Below, piece after piece: positions 24,054 through 35,815 of a DNA stretch of 64,000 nucleotides. Origin of the DNA: Macrostomum hystrix. Lineage: Eukaryota; Animalia; Platyhelminthes. The notes beneath the pieces were generated by a model that had not been told where the DNA came from, did not search any database, and saw only the letters and a program-made list of their open reading frames with translations. The translations under genes were made by a program, and so were the position numbers. The stretch's first letter is position 1. Every line of letters begins with the position of its first letter. The stretch is from the NCBI GenBank assembly GCA_950097015.1, contig CATNEN010000001.1:9610001-9674000 (forward strand), read 5' to 3'.

Positions 24054-25088
24054 GCGTGCTGCATCTTCTGTGGCGACGGCAGACCGCAGACGCACCCGAA
24101 ACGCCACTTCCTGAGGAGGCACGCGGAGGAGGCTGTGCGCCAATTCCGACTCGAGGATGCCCCAGTCAAGGTGCGGCCGTCCGAGGCATCTTGGGCAGCG
24201 GCGTCAGCCAAGCAGCGTGCCCAGATGGTCTGGCTCTGCCTGACGTGCAGCAACCACACGCGCAGCTCAGCCAACACTGAGCATGTACACGCGTGCCCAG
24301 CCTGCGGCAAGGTGCTGCGTAGGACAGCAAGGCAGCACAGTTGTCCAGCAGTGCCAGCTGTTGTCGCTACCGTTGCTGTGGAACACCAGCAGCCACCGCC
24401 TCCGCAGCAGATGCCACCACCGCCTCCGCAGCTGCCTTCAGAGGCAAAACCAGCTGAATACGAGGCTGGGTCTCTGTTGGCCGAGCTCTACAGCATCGCC
24501 GCGCCCTCCGTTGACGGTCGACAGTCAGCGGCCAGTGCTCGGCTGTCGTCAGCCAGCCGTCCAGCCGTCCGGCGACGCCTATTTGACCCGACTGCGCCGC
24601 TGCTGCTGATGTCCTCACAGGAGGCCCCCGTAGTCGCTGACGATGAGGATGATGGAGACTACGATGTCGGCTTGCAGGAGCTGCTGCCCGGAACCAGCAT
24701 CAGAATGCGGACGCTGCCGACGGTCCAGACGGTGGCAGCAGAGTCTTCCTCTTCGGCTGCCTGTCTGCAGTTGGCGGTGCAGGCCACCAAGGCAGCACTT
24801 TGTCGTCCCAGCACGTCATCGGCTGTGCTGTCAGCTGCACAGAGGCCGCTAGTGAAGCTGGCAGCTACCCGGCCGAGGCAGCGTCGAGCAGCTGCAGCAA
24901 AGTGGACTGCTGCAAAGAGAAGGCTGGCTAATGCCGAATTCTACCGGCTTCGACTCGCAGTCTTCGGGCCAGACCTGCAGGACGATGACAAAGAGACGAC
25001 GGCTTCGCCAAAAAAGCAGCAGCAGCAAAAGCAGCAGAGTCGATGTCGACACTTTCGCACGTCGCCCCCTGTGAAGCCGTGCCACTAG
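24054..25088 (+). pseudogene. Element-borne zinc-finger ORF (CIFC-x9-HFLRRH, CLTC, CPAC...HSC) with low-complexity tail
   Basis: The open frame begins right at the inner end of the left TIR (after TTAG, a possible acceptor) and continues as ORF 24135-25088. No ATG upstream of the finger. Confidence 0.45.
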
Positions 25089-25254
25089 AGCTGCTGCAGC
25101 CGTTGGGTGACCGGCCCAGCATCTCCGCAACGGTGGAACGCCTGCGGGAGCTGTGGTGGAGGGACCCATCGCGGGCCAGGATTGCGGCCAACTTGTGCCA
25201 CCAGCAGCGTTGGCGCGACATAAGTCGCCCTCCACCATTGGCTCCATCCAGCAG

Positions 25255-25821
25255 TCTGTGAGCAGGTTAGCTGCGCAGCTGGAGATGGACAGCCACCCTC
25301 GGCCAGAAGATCTGACGGTAATCTACTACGTGACTGCTGCAGTTGCCCGCAAGTTTCTGCAGAATCGGAGGTGCGACTCCTGCAGAGAGCTCCTTCTGGA
25401 ACAGGAAGAGGTGCTCCCGTTGTAGGCCGATTGGGTGCCGACTGAGGCGTCGTCCTTCTTCGAGCAAATCAACCGAGGAGGTTTGTGCCAGCCAACTGAA
25501 CTGGCTTTCGCCCTAGCTACGCATTACTGGAAAATCTTCGAGGAGATCCGGCGGAAGGAATCCCTTCGCAGGGTTTTCCTGACAGTGCAGCAGCAGCAGC
25601 AGGTGTTCTGTGGGCTCGTGGATGAGATGGCCGACGAAGATATCTTTCTGGAGTCCTTCATGCAACTGGTGACTTGCACACATGGCCACGATGTGAAGGC
25701 AGGCCTGGCCAAGGCTTTTTGCAACTGCATGATGAAGAATCTGGCCAAGAGCTGGAGCTCTCCAGCCGCGAAGGCGGAAAGAAGAGAAAGATCGCCAAGC
25801 TGTCCGGCCTCTCTGCCATGA
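25255..25821 (+). pseudogene. Transposase C-terminal remnant (P-element/THAP9-like pattern)
   Basis: IYYVTAAVARKFLQNRRCDSCRELL...*...FFEQINRGGLCQPTE...CTHGH...FCNCMMKN resembles the YiaGyva..C..C..rGGL..P C-terminal region of P-type transposases. In-frame stop at 25423-25425. Confidence 0.6.
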
Positions 25822-26357
25822 ATTGACATTATTTTTTATTTGCTATTTCCATTTAAAAGTATTTTCTATATTATTTTCTACATAAAATTTAGCATTTTAT
25901 AAAAGCATTTGTGCATTGCTCAGACCTAAATATATGAGGCCTAGGCCTATGTTATCTAATAATGAGGCTGAGATTACTTTATTCATTGCACTAACATCTC
26001 AATTCGAATCGTTTTGGCCACCGATGTGATTTAAGTCGGTCACTAGACCCCCCAAAAAGATCGATTTCCCACTGGTTTCTCATACATTAGTTGGCAATGG
26101 TTGCCACACTAAGGTAGATGCGGGCTGGGCGTTTCCAGTCCAGATTGCTATATATAGAAGTCCCTGATTCATCCATGATCTGAGCGCAGTAGCTTTAAAA
26201 CTTGTGGGACATATTTGTTGTCTATGGCCAAAAGTATGATAGCTACATAGCCTTTTGCTTAGTAGATAATTGAGTTTGTCCGCGAACTTTCTGAACAACC
26301 CTCGTATTATGACACCCTCTCTCATTCAGTTTGGTTGGAACGCAGGCCGTGGACAAT

Positions 26358-28731
26358 ATGCTTCGAGGAGCTCTGCTGCCATTGCTAGCTGGAGGTCGCA
26401 TGAGACGCCATGTAATGCTGATAGCCTTGCTCAGTTTGCTCAGCCTTACCGCTTTGCTTTTTCTAATGCGAAGCAGCAAGATGAGCAGTCCAGATGGAAT
26501 TGTGCGAATATTTCACCAATCTTGGAAGACCACCAAGCTGCCGCCGCGCTTCCACCGCTGGTCGAAGACTTTCTCCACCTGTTTGCCGGGCTGGAAGCGA
26601 AAACTCTGGACTGATGAAGACAACGAGAACTTGGTTGCTAAGCACTTTCCCTGGTTCCTGCCAACCTACAAGAAGCTTAACCAGCCAGTGGAGCGGGCAG
26701 ATGTATCTCGCCTGTTCTACATGTACAAGTACGGTGGAGTTTATTGCGACTTGGACTGCGAGTGCCTTAACCCTTTCGACCACCTATTTGCCAACGTCAG
26801 CTTGGCTTTCGGGGCTATGGCGGGCCACTCAACTGGGCCTGAAGACGAAAGGTAGGAAAATAGTCCAATTTCAAGTGTATTTTGCATCTCATTGTCTAAT
26901 CTCAGTGTCTAATCTCAGTGTCTAATCTCATTGTCTAATCTCAGTGTCTAATCTCATTGTCTAATCTCAGTGTCTAATCTCAGTGCCTGTTTGTCACCCT
27001 GCCTATGCCTGTTTGTCACCCTGCCTATGCCTGTTTGTCATCCTGCCTATGCCTGTTTGTCACCCTGCCTATGCCTGTTTGTCACCCTGCCTATGCCTGT
27101 TTGTCATCCTGCCTATGCCTGTTTGTCACCCTGACTATGCCTGTTTGTCACCCTGCAAATGCCTGTTTGTCATCCTGCCTATGCCTGTTTGTCACCTGCC
27201 TATGCCTGTTTGTCACCCTGCCTATGCCTGTTTGTCATCCTGCATATGCCTGTTTGTCATCCTGCCTATGCCTGTTTGTCACCCTGCATATGCCTGTTTG
27301 TCATCCTGCCTATGCCTGTTTGTCACCCTGCATATGCCTGTTTGTCACCCTGCCTATGCCTGTTTGTCACCCTGCCTATGCCTGTTTGTCATCCTGCCTA
27401 TGCCTGTTTGTCACCCTGCATATGCCTGTTTGTCACCCTGCCTATGCCTGTTTGTCACCCTGCCTATGCCTGTTTGTCATCCTGCCTATGCCTGTTTGTC
27501 ACCTGCCTATGCCTGTTTGTCATCCTGCCTATGCCTGTTTGTCACCCTGCATATGCCTGTTTGTCACCCTGCCTATGCCTGTTTGTCATCCTGCCTATGC
27601 CTGTTTGTCACCCTGCCTATGCCTGTTTGTCACCCTGCCTATGCCTGTTTGTCATCCTGCCTATGCCTGTTTGTCACCCTGCATATGCCTGTTTGTCACC
27701 CTGCCTATGCCTGTTTGTCATCCTGCCTATGCCTGTTTGTCATCCTGCCTATGCCTGTTTGTCATCCTGCATATGCCTGTTTGTCACCCTGCATATGCCT
27801 GTTTGTCACCCTGCCTATGCCTGTTTGTCATCCTGCCTTTGTCGACATTCGTTTGGGATTCATCGATTTTCGCCTATGAGGGCCACGCCCAAGGCACAGT
27901 GAGAGTGTACACTGCCTGACGATGAAAAAGTCTGGATAGTTGTACATACCTGTGTGCGTGCGTTCTCTGGAATCAGTGGAAGGGGCAGAATGGCCACCTC
28001 ACTGGCACTAATAAGAGTCAAGTTTCAGTTAAACGCCTGCATATGTGCATACCCTCTTCAAAAAAAACCTTTTAAATTGTGAGTTCTTAAAACACAGAAT
28101 ATAGAACGTGTATGTATGATTGACAGGCTGACAGGTATGGTGTAAGGAGGTTTCATTTTTCATTGCAATAAGTGTGTTCACGTCGCACGTATTTGAGCCA
28201 CTTCAAGACACGATCAATAAATGCACAATGACACTAACATATGTTTAGGCCCCGTTATTAAGTGTTGTAGCCATGTGTCACTATCCATAGCAGCATACTA
28301 ATAGTTAATTCAATGACCGAATCGCGCCCAGGTACATGGTGGAAGGCCAAATCGAGAACAGTTTCATGTACAGCGTGCCCGGACATCCATTCGTGATGGA
28401 GCTGATCAAACAGGTGGAGCAGAAGCCATTTGGATCACCCGAGGACACAACAGGCCCCTACCTGCTGATGCGGGCTATTAATAAGCGACGAAAATCACCT
28501 GGTGGCATGCCGGCCACCTATCGCGGCATGAAGTACCTGACAATATTTCCGCCGAATTACTTCAATCCGTTCACATGGCTCGGCCGTACCGAGCCCTCAT
28601 GTAAGGACAAGGGCAGATTCACTCGAGATGAAGAGGACCGCTGTCGAGCAGCGTTCAAGAACTCCAGCTTCGTTCTGCAATACCACACTCAGGTGTGGCT
28701 TGCAGGTGGCCAATATGTTAACCATGCTTAA
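26358..28731 (+). CDS. GT32-family DXD glycosyltransferase (SUR1/OCH1-like sugar-binding domain), type II membrane protein, 2 exons (26358-26851, 28332-28731), 297 aa
   Basis: N-terminal TM (LIALLSLLSLTALLFL), IFHQSWKT, LWTDED, RADVSR, YGGVYCDLD (DXD), NSFMYSVPGHPF, TGP. Donor AG|GTAGG and acceptor CCCAG|G join in phase 2. TATA-like TATATATA at 26149. Confidence 0.88.
26890..27838. repeat. 14-bp (gtctaatctcaKt) then 22-bp (tgcctatgcctgtttgtcaYcc) minisatellites in the GT32 intron
   Basis: Two abutting tandem arrays. Confidence 0.9.
27850..28010 (+). mobile_element. SINE family A internal fragment
   Basis: gagggccacgcccaaggcacagtgagagtgtacactgcctgacgatgaaaaagtc matches the SINE A body. Confidence 0.7.
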
Positions 28732-29784
28732 TGTGTACTTGTGTAGCCCAAATCTTATGAGATCTCACTAGTCCTAGCATGAGGGAGTTGAGACACGAAT
28801 TTAAATGGCTACAATGACAAATGAAACTATATTTGCAAGAAATTTGCAATCGGTAGCCTAATTGAACTAGTCATCGATATGACTACAGGTATAAATAATC
28901 ATATGATCATTTTAGCTTGAAAGAGACTAACCTAGATAGACCTGGTCCATTGAGACAAAGTTAACCCAGAAAAAAACATTTCTGTTACATTAAAATATTC
29001 GCCATGCGTATAAACTAGATCAGTGAATGAATTTTCAAGTGACCTAACTTACACTATGTCCCCAATAGTGTAAGTTAAGAGTACGAGTATTAATTAATTA
29101 TGTACTATAATTACAGTGTTGTAATTTTCGTCTTTCTTAATAATCTAAAGTAGTGATTGTCTTCTTCCACGGGTAGGTTCCACGTCACCCACTTGGAAGC
29201 CTAACTTAATTTCATATACACTACATACTAACCAATTGAGTTTAACTCTTACGCTCGTAAACCCTCCACCTCATATACCCTCCTTTTTTGTGTATTTGAA
29301 CTGTCGAAATCAAACTCACTTTCCGAGCCAGCCGGCCATAGACTACTGCATGGGCAGTGGCTGATGAATTTGAACTCACTTTCTGAGCCATATTATACTA
29401 ATGTCTAACAGATTACACTGAAAATCTGAACTGAAATTCTGTTTATGATGCGCCAAAAAAAGAAAGATTTTTGTTGAAAATGTTAATAAAGGCAGCCATA
29501 GAAGAGCCAGCCACCTGTTGTTTTATCGATCTACCAAAATAACAAGCTCAAAAGAAAAACAAAAGATGCTAAAATAACGCTTAGAATTGACAGATTGAAC
29601 AGAACAATACTCAAGCCCCTCTCTAGTAAGCGACAAGAACTTTGTTCGCGACAGGTTCCTTTGAATTGTCAACTAAAAATGGATTGAACGTCGCTTTTGA
29701 GACATAATTTGACACCGGTACAAGTAGAAAGTTTCATTTTTTGTGCCTAACTCGTCTTTCTCTCGTACGAGCTAATAAAGGTTT

Positions 29785-29935
29785 GTGAGCTCGATTGCGT
29801 GGCTAGACCACATTCTATTTGGGGCGCAGCCGCGGAGAGAACGCTTGGGTACGGATGTACACAACTGTTTGAGTGTGTGCTCATGAATCAGTAGGTCAGG
29901 GGAACGGGCAGAATTGCTTTGGTAGGCCACACTAG
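29785..29935 (+). mobile_element. Degenerate SINE family A fragment
   Basis: gagctcgattgcg...tatttggggcgcagccgcggagagaa...gatgtacac...gggcagaattgc. Confidence 0.6.
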
Positions 29936-29944
29936 ACAGAAAAA

Positions 29945-30296
29945 CTCCGTTATTAATCAGGCTATCTAGACCTTCAACTCGCCAAACTGTCGAACCGCTC
30001 TCGTTACCAACCAGCCTCTCGAGGCATGCGCCAGACGAGGCATACGAAAGCGACGTCGGCACGTCTTTGCCGACTATCACCAGCTGGCAAAGCCGACTCG
30101 GTCGCGCAAATATGGCCAGAACACAGTTTTTCTTCTGACAGGCCGACAGACAATGGAACTTTGACAGCATCGGGCTGGACAGCCTGACATCGATGACGTC
30201 ACAGTTCACGGAGGTGTTCAGCAGTAGCGGACTACTCGTCACCAAGTACCGACGTACTTGGTTAGGGATAGTTGGATTCCATGACTGACCGTGAGC
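29945..30296 (-). other. Possible exon/pseudo-exon encoding a PAN/Apple-like Cys-rich module
   Basis: Cys spacing in SKFHCLSACQKKNCVLAIFARPSRLCQL resembles PAN domains. No clear start exon; the frame runs into a SINE fragment. Confidence 0.35.
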
Positions 30297-30944
30297 TGAT
30301 TGGATTAACGATTAAAAGATGTTCTAGTTTAAAAAACTGCACAGGTAGAAAATCATCAGTAATTTAACAACGCTCTCTTATCCGCCATGAGTATAACAAA
30401 CGGCCATAAAAATCCAAATAACGTTTTCATTCAACAAGCTTTACAACAGTGTCTGGTTTAACGTCGGTTAAAAAGTAGCGAGAACTCCTACTCCTACTCC
30501 TAAGAGTGTTCTTAAAATTTTTTGTCTTTCTTGACAAGAGCTCTAAGCCAAACATTTCATCGTATTGAGTGGATCGATGCAGCGAAAAAACTGACCTTGT
30601 CAGGCTGAAAAAGCCAATAACGGATGAAGCCTTAAAACCATGCATGCTTGTTAAATAAAAATTCATAAAATGCTTTTGTCCGTGCCAAAAAATGCTGCGT
30701 TACGCATAAGAGCTCAAGAGCTGCTAGTTGGGTGGCTGACAAAAAATTGAAGATGACTGTGAGGATGTATGACCCTAAGCCTCCATGTGTTTCGAAGCGC
30801 TACTGTTCGTGCGTGTTTCCAACAAGTCTAACTCTGATGCCACTCCAAAAGACATCGCCTGACACAGCTTCCCAGCGAACTGTTCAACCAATAGCAGCAT
30901 GAATCAGCACAACAGCTTCATCAACTTTAACCCATTTAGTTACA

Positions 30945-33900
30945 TCACACACCCATCCTCAGTTCCATCCCACAGCCAAACTCAGTTCCATCCCACACCC
31001 AACCTCAGTTCCATCTCACACCCAACCTCAGTTTCATCTCACACCCAACCTCAGTTCCATCCCACACCCAACCTCAGTTCCATCCCACACCCAACCTCAG
31101 TTCCATCTCACACCCAACCTCAGTTCCATCTCACACCCAACCTCAGTTCCATCCCACACCCAACCTCAGTTCCATCTCACACCCAACCTCAGTTCCATCT
31201 CACACCCAACCTCAGTTCCATCTCACACCCAACCTCAGTTCCATCTCACACCCAACCTCAGTTCCATCCCATCTCACACCCAACCTCAGTTCCATCCCAC
31301 ACCCAACCTCAGTTCCATCCCACACCCAACCTCAGTTCCATCTCACACCCAACCTCAGTTCCATCTCACACCCAACCTCAGTTCCATCCCACACCCAACC
31401 TCAGTTCCATCTCACACCCAACCTCAGTTCCATCCCATCTCACACCCAACCTCAGTTCCATCCTACACCCAACCTCAGTTCCATCCTACACCTAACCTCA
31501 GTTCCATCCCACACCCAACCTCAGTTCCATCCCACACCCAACCTCAGTTCCATCCCACACCCAACCTCAGTTCCATCTCACACCCAACCTCAGTTCCATC
31601 CCACACCCAACCTCAGTTCCATCTCACACCCAACCTCAGTTCCATCCCACACCCAACCTCAGTTCCATCTCACACCCAACCTCAGTTCCATCTCACACCC
31701 AACCTCAGTTCCATCTCACACCCAACCTCAGTTCCATCCCACACCCAACCTCAGTTCCATCCCACACCCGACCTCAGTTCCATCCCATCTCACACCCAAC
31801 CTCAGTTCCATCCCATCCCACACCCAACCTCAGTTCCATCTCACACCCAACCGCAGTTCCATCTCACACCCAACCTCAGTTCCATCCCACACCCAACCTC
31901 AGTTCCATCTCACACCCAACCTCAGTTCCATCTCACACCCAACCTCAGTTCCATCCCACACCCAACCTCAGTTCCATCCCACACCCAACCTCAGTTCCAT
32001 CCCACACCCAACCTCAGTTCCATCTCACACCCAACCTCAGTTCCATCCCACACCCAACCTCAGTTCCATCTCACACCCAACCTCAGTTCCATCTCACACC
32101 CAACCTCAGTTCCATCCCACACCCAACCTCAGTTCCATCCCACACCCAACCTCAGTTCCATCCCACACCCAACCTCAGTTCCATCCCACACCCAACCTCA
32201 GTTCCATCCCACACCCAACCTCAGTTCCATCCCACACCCAACCTCAGTTCCATCTCACACCCAACCTCAGTTCCATCTCACACCCAACCTCAGTTCCATC
32301 TCACACCCAACCTCAGTTCCATCCCACACCCAACCTCAGTTCCATCTCACACCCAACCTCAGTTCCATCCCACACCCAACCTCAGTTCCATCTCACACCC
32401 AACCTCAGTTCCATCCACACCCAACCTCAGTTCCATCCCACACCCAACCTCAGTTCCATCCCACACCCAACCTCAGTTCCATCCACACCCAACCTCAGTT
32501 CCATCCCACACCCAACCTCAGTTCCATCCCACACCCAACCTCAGTTCCATCCCACACCCAACCTCAGTTCCATCCCACACCCAACCTCAGTTCCATCCCA
32601 CACCCAACCTCAGTTCCATCCCACACCCAACCTCAGTTCCATCTCACACCCAACCTCAGTTCCATCCCACACCCAACCTCAGTTCCATCCCACACCCAAC
32701 CTCAGTTCCATCCCACACCCAACCTCAGTTCCATCCCACACCCAACCTCAGTTCCATCCCACACCCAACCTCAGTTCCATCCCACACCCAACCTCAGTTC
32801 CATCTCACACCCAACCTCATGTTCCATCTCACACCCAACCTCAGTTCCATCTCACACCCAACCTCAGTTCCATCCCACACCCAACCTCAGTTCCATCCAC
32901 ACCCAACCTCAGTTCCATCTCACACCCAACCTCAGTTCCATCCCACACCCAAACTCAGTTCCATCTCACACCCAACCTCAGTTCCATCTCACACCCAACC
33001 TCAGTTCCATCTCACACCCAACCTCAGTTCCATCCCACACCCAACCTCAGTTCCATCCCACACCCAACCTCAGTTCCATCCCACACCCAACCTCAGTTCC
33101 ATCCCACACCCAACCTCAGTTCCATCTCACACCCAACCTCAGTTCCATCTCACACCCAACCTCAGTTCCATCCCACACCCAACCTCAGTTCCATCCCACA
33201 CCCAACCTCAGTTCCATCCCACACCCAACCTCAGTTCCATCCCACACCCAACCTCAGTTCCATCCCACACCCAACCTCAGTTCCATCTCACACCCAACCT
33301 CAGTTCCATCCCACACCCAACCTCAGTTCCATCTCACACCCAACCTCAGTTCCATCCCATCTCACACCCAACCTCAGTTCCATCCCACACCCAACCTCAG
33401 TTCCATCCCACACCCAACCTCAGTTCCATCTCACACCCAACCTCAGTTCCATCTCACACCCAACCTCAGTTCCATCCCACACCCAACCTCAGTTCCATCC
33501 CACACCCAACCTCAGTTCCATCCCACACCCAACCTCAGTTCCATCCCACACCCAACCTCAGTTCCATCTCACACCCAACCTCAGTTCCATCCCACACCCA
33601 ACCTCAGTTCCATCTCACACCCAACCTCTGTTCCATCTCACACCCAACCTCAGTTCCATCCCACACCCAACCTCAGTTCCATCCCACACCCAACCTCAGT
33701 TCCATCCCACACCCAACCTCAGTTCCATCCCACACCCAACCTCAGTTCCATCCCACACCCAACATCAGTTCCATCCCACACCCAACCTCAGTTCCATCCC
33801 ACACCCAACCTCAGTTCCATCTCACACCCAACCTCAGTTCCATCCCACACCCAACCTCAGTTCCATCCCACACCCAACCTCAGTTCCATCCCATCTCACA

Positions 33901-35255
33901 CCCAACCTCAGTTCCATCTCACACCCAACCTCAGTTCCATCCCACACCCAACCTCAGTTCCATCCCACACCCAACCTCAGTTCCATCTCACACCCAACCT
34001 CAGTTCCATCCCACAGCCAACATCAGTTCCATCCCACACCCAACCTCAGTTCCATCTCACACCCAACCTCAGTTCCATCCCACACCCAACCTCAGTTCCA
34101 TCCCACACCCAACCTCAGTTCCATCCCACACCCAACCTCAGTTCCATCCCATCTCACACCCAACCTCAGTTCCATCTCACACCCAACCTCAGTTCCATCC
34201 CACACCCAACCTCAGTTCCATCCCACACCCAACCTCAGTTCCATCTCACACCCAACCTCAGTTCCATCCCACACCCAACCTCAGTTCCATCCCACACCCA
34301 ACCTCAGTTCCATCTCACACCCAACCTCAGTTCCATCCCACAGCCAACATCAGTTCCATCCCACACCCAACCTCAGTTCCATCCCACAGCCAACATCAGT
34401 TCCATCCCACACCCAACCTCAGTTCCATCCCACACCAAACCTCAGTTCCATCCCACACCCAACCTCAGTTCCATCTCACACCCAACCTCAGTTCCATCTC
34501 ACACCCAACCTCAGTTCCATCTCACACCCAACCTCAGTTCCATCCCACACCCAACCTCAGTTCCATCCCACACCCAACCTCAGTTCCATCCCACAGCCAA
34601 CATCAGTTCCATCCCACACCCAACCTCAGTTCCATCCCACACCCAACCTCAGTTCCATCTCACACCCAACCTCAGTTCCATCCCACACCCAACCTCAGTT
34701 CCATCTCACACCCAACCTCAGTTCCATCCCACACCCAACCTCAGTTCCATCTCACACCCAACCTCAGTTCCATCTCACACCCAACCTCAGTTCCATCTCA
34801 CACCCAACCTCAGTTCCATCCCACACCCAACCTCAGTTCCATCCCACACCCAACCTCAGTTCCATCTCACACCCAACCTCAGTTCCATCTCACACCCAAC
34901 CTCAGTTCCATCCCACACCCAACCTCAGTTCCATCTCACACCCAACCTCAGTTCCATCTCACACCCAACCTCAGTTCCATCTCACACCCAACCTCAGTTC
35001 CATCCCACACCCAACCTCAGTTCCATCTCACACCCAACCTCAGTTCCATCCCACACCCAACCTCAGTTCCATCTCACACCCAACCTCAGTTCCATCTCAC
35101 ACCCAACCTCAGTTCCATCCCACACCCAACCTCAGTTCCATCTCACACCCAACCTCAGTTCCATCCCACACCCAACCTCAGTTCCATCTCACACCCAACC
35201 TCAGTTCCATCCCACACCCAACCTCAGTTCCATCCCACACCCAACCTCAGTTCCA
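30945..35255. repeat. 23-bp minisatellite (cacacccaacctcagttccatcY), ~185 copies
   Basis: 4.3-kb homogeneous array with extreme C/G strand skew. Confidence 0.95.
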
Positions 35256-35815
35256 CCATACAAAAAAGCAATAAATACAAATGCAAAACCAAATAAAAGT
35301 TATTGGACAAACATAAAAGTTGATTTGTTGATTTTAAAAAGTTTTGTTCGTTTAGAAAAAGAAAAAGAATTTATTGATTTAAGTAAATTGTAATCTACTT
35401 AACAGCAAGACAGGATTATTGACACGGCAAACGATATAACTGTATCTTGCAACCAAATTGGTGTTACCGTTCGCGGCATGAATTGTGTAAATATACTTTA
35501 CAGATGGGGAGTCACAAGGAAAAAACTCCATAGACTATCACACGCAAATGAGAGACAAAGACAGCGGAGACAAGCTATTAAATTTGGTAAAATTTTATCC
35601 GATTGTAGAAACTAATTTCCCTTTAAAATAATTTAATTATAAAGAATCTATTTTAAAAAACTGTCAGAATTACGAAGACATTAATGAGAAAGGAATTATA
35701 AAAAATAAAAAGTAATGATTTAAGGCTTTTTAATTCTATAAGACACAGCTATTTAATTGATTATTTAAACAGCTGTTAGTTAATTAAGAGTTGAATAACA
35801 AAAAACTTTGTTTTT

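Larger units (their letters stand above)
23829..29389. mobile_element. 5.56-kb DNA transposon-like element with long TIRs (23829-24055 / 29199-29389) carrying a glycosyltransferase gene
   Basis: The outer ~105 bp of the two TIRs are nearly identical in inverted orientation (GGCTCAGAAAGTGAGTTCAAATTCATCAGCC...). Similarity continues to AAGTTAGGC on both sides. ATAT flanks both ends (23825-23828, 29390-29393). Confidence 0.75.

Noticed and set aside
26983-27919. Cys-rich repeat ORFs in three frames
   Set aside because: 22-bp intronic minisatellite of the GT32 gene.
30899-35296. Pro/His/Ser-rich repeat ORFs (198 and 825 aa)
   Set aside because: 23-bp satellite with a unit not divisible by 3 and frequent indels; no coding constraint.
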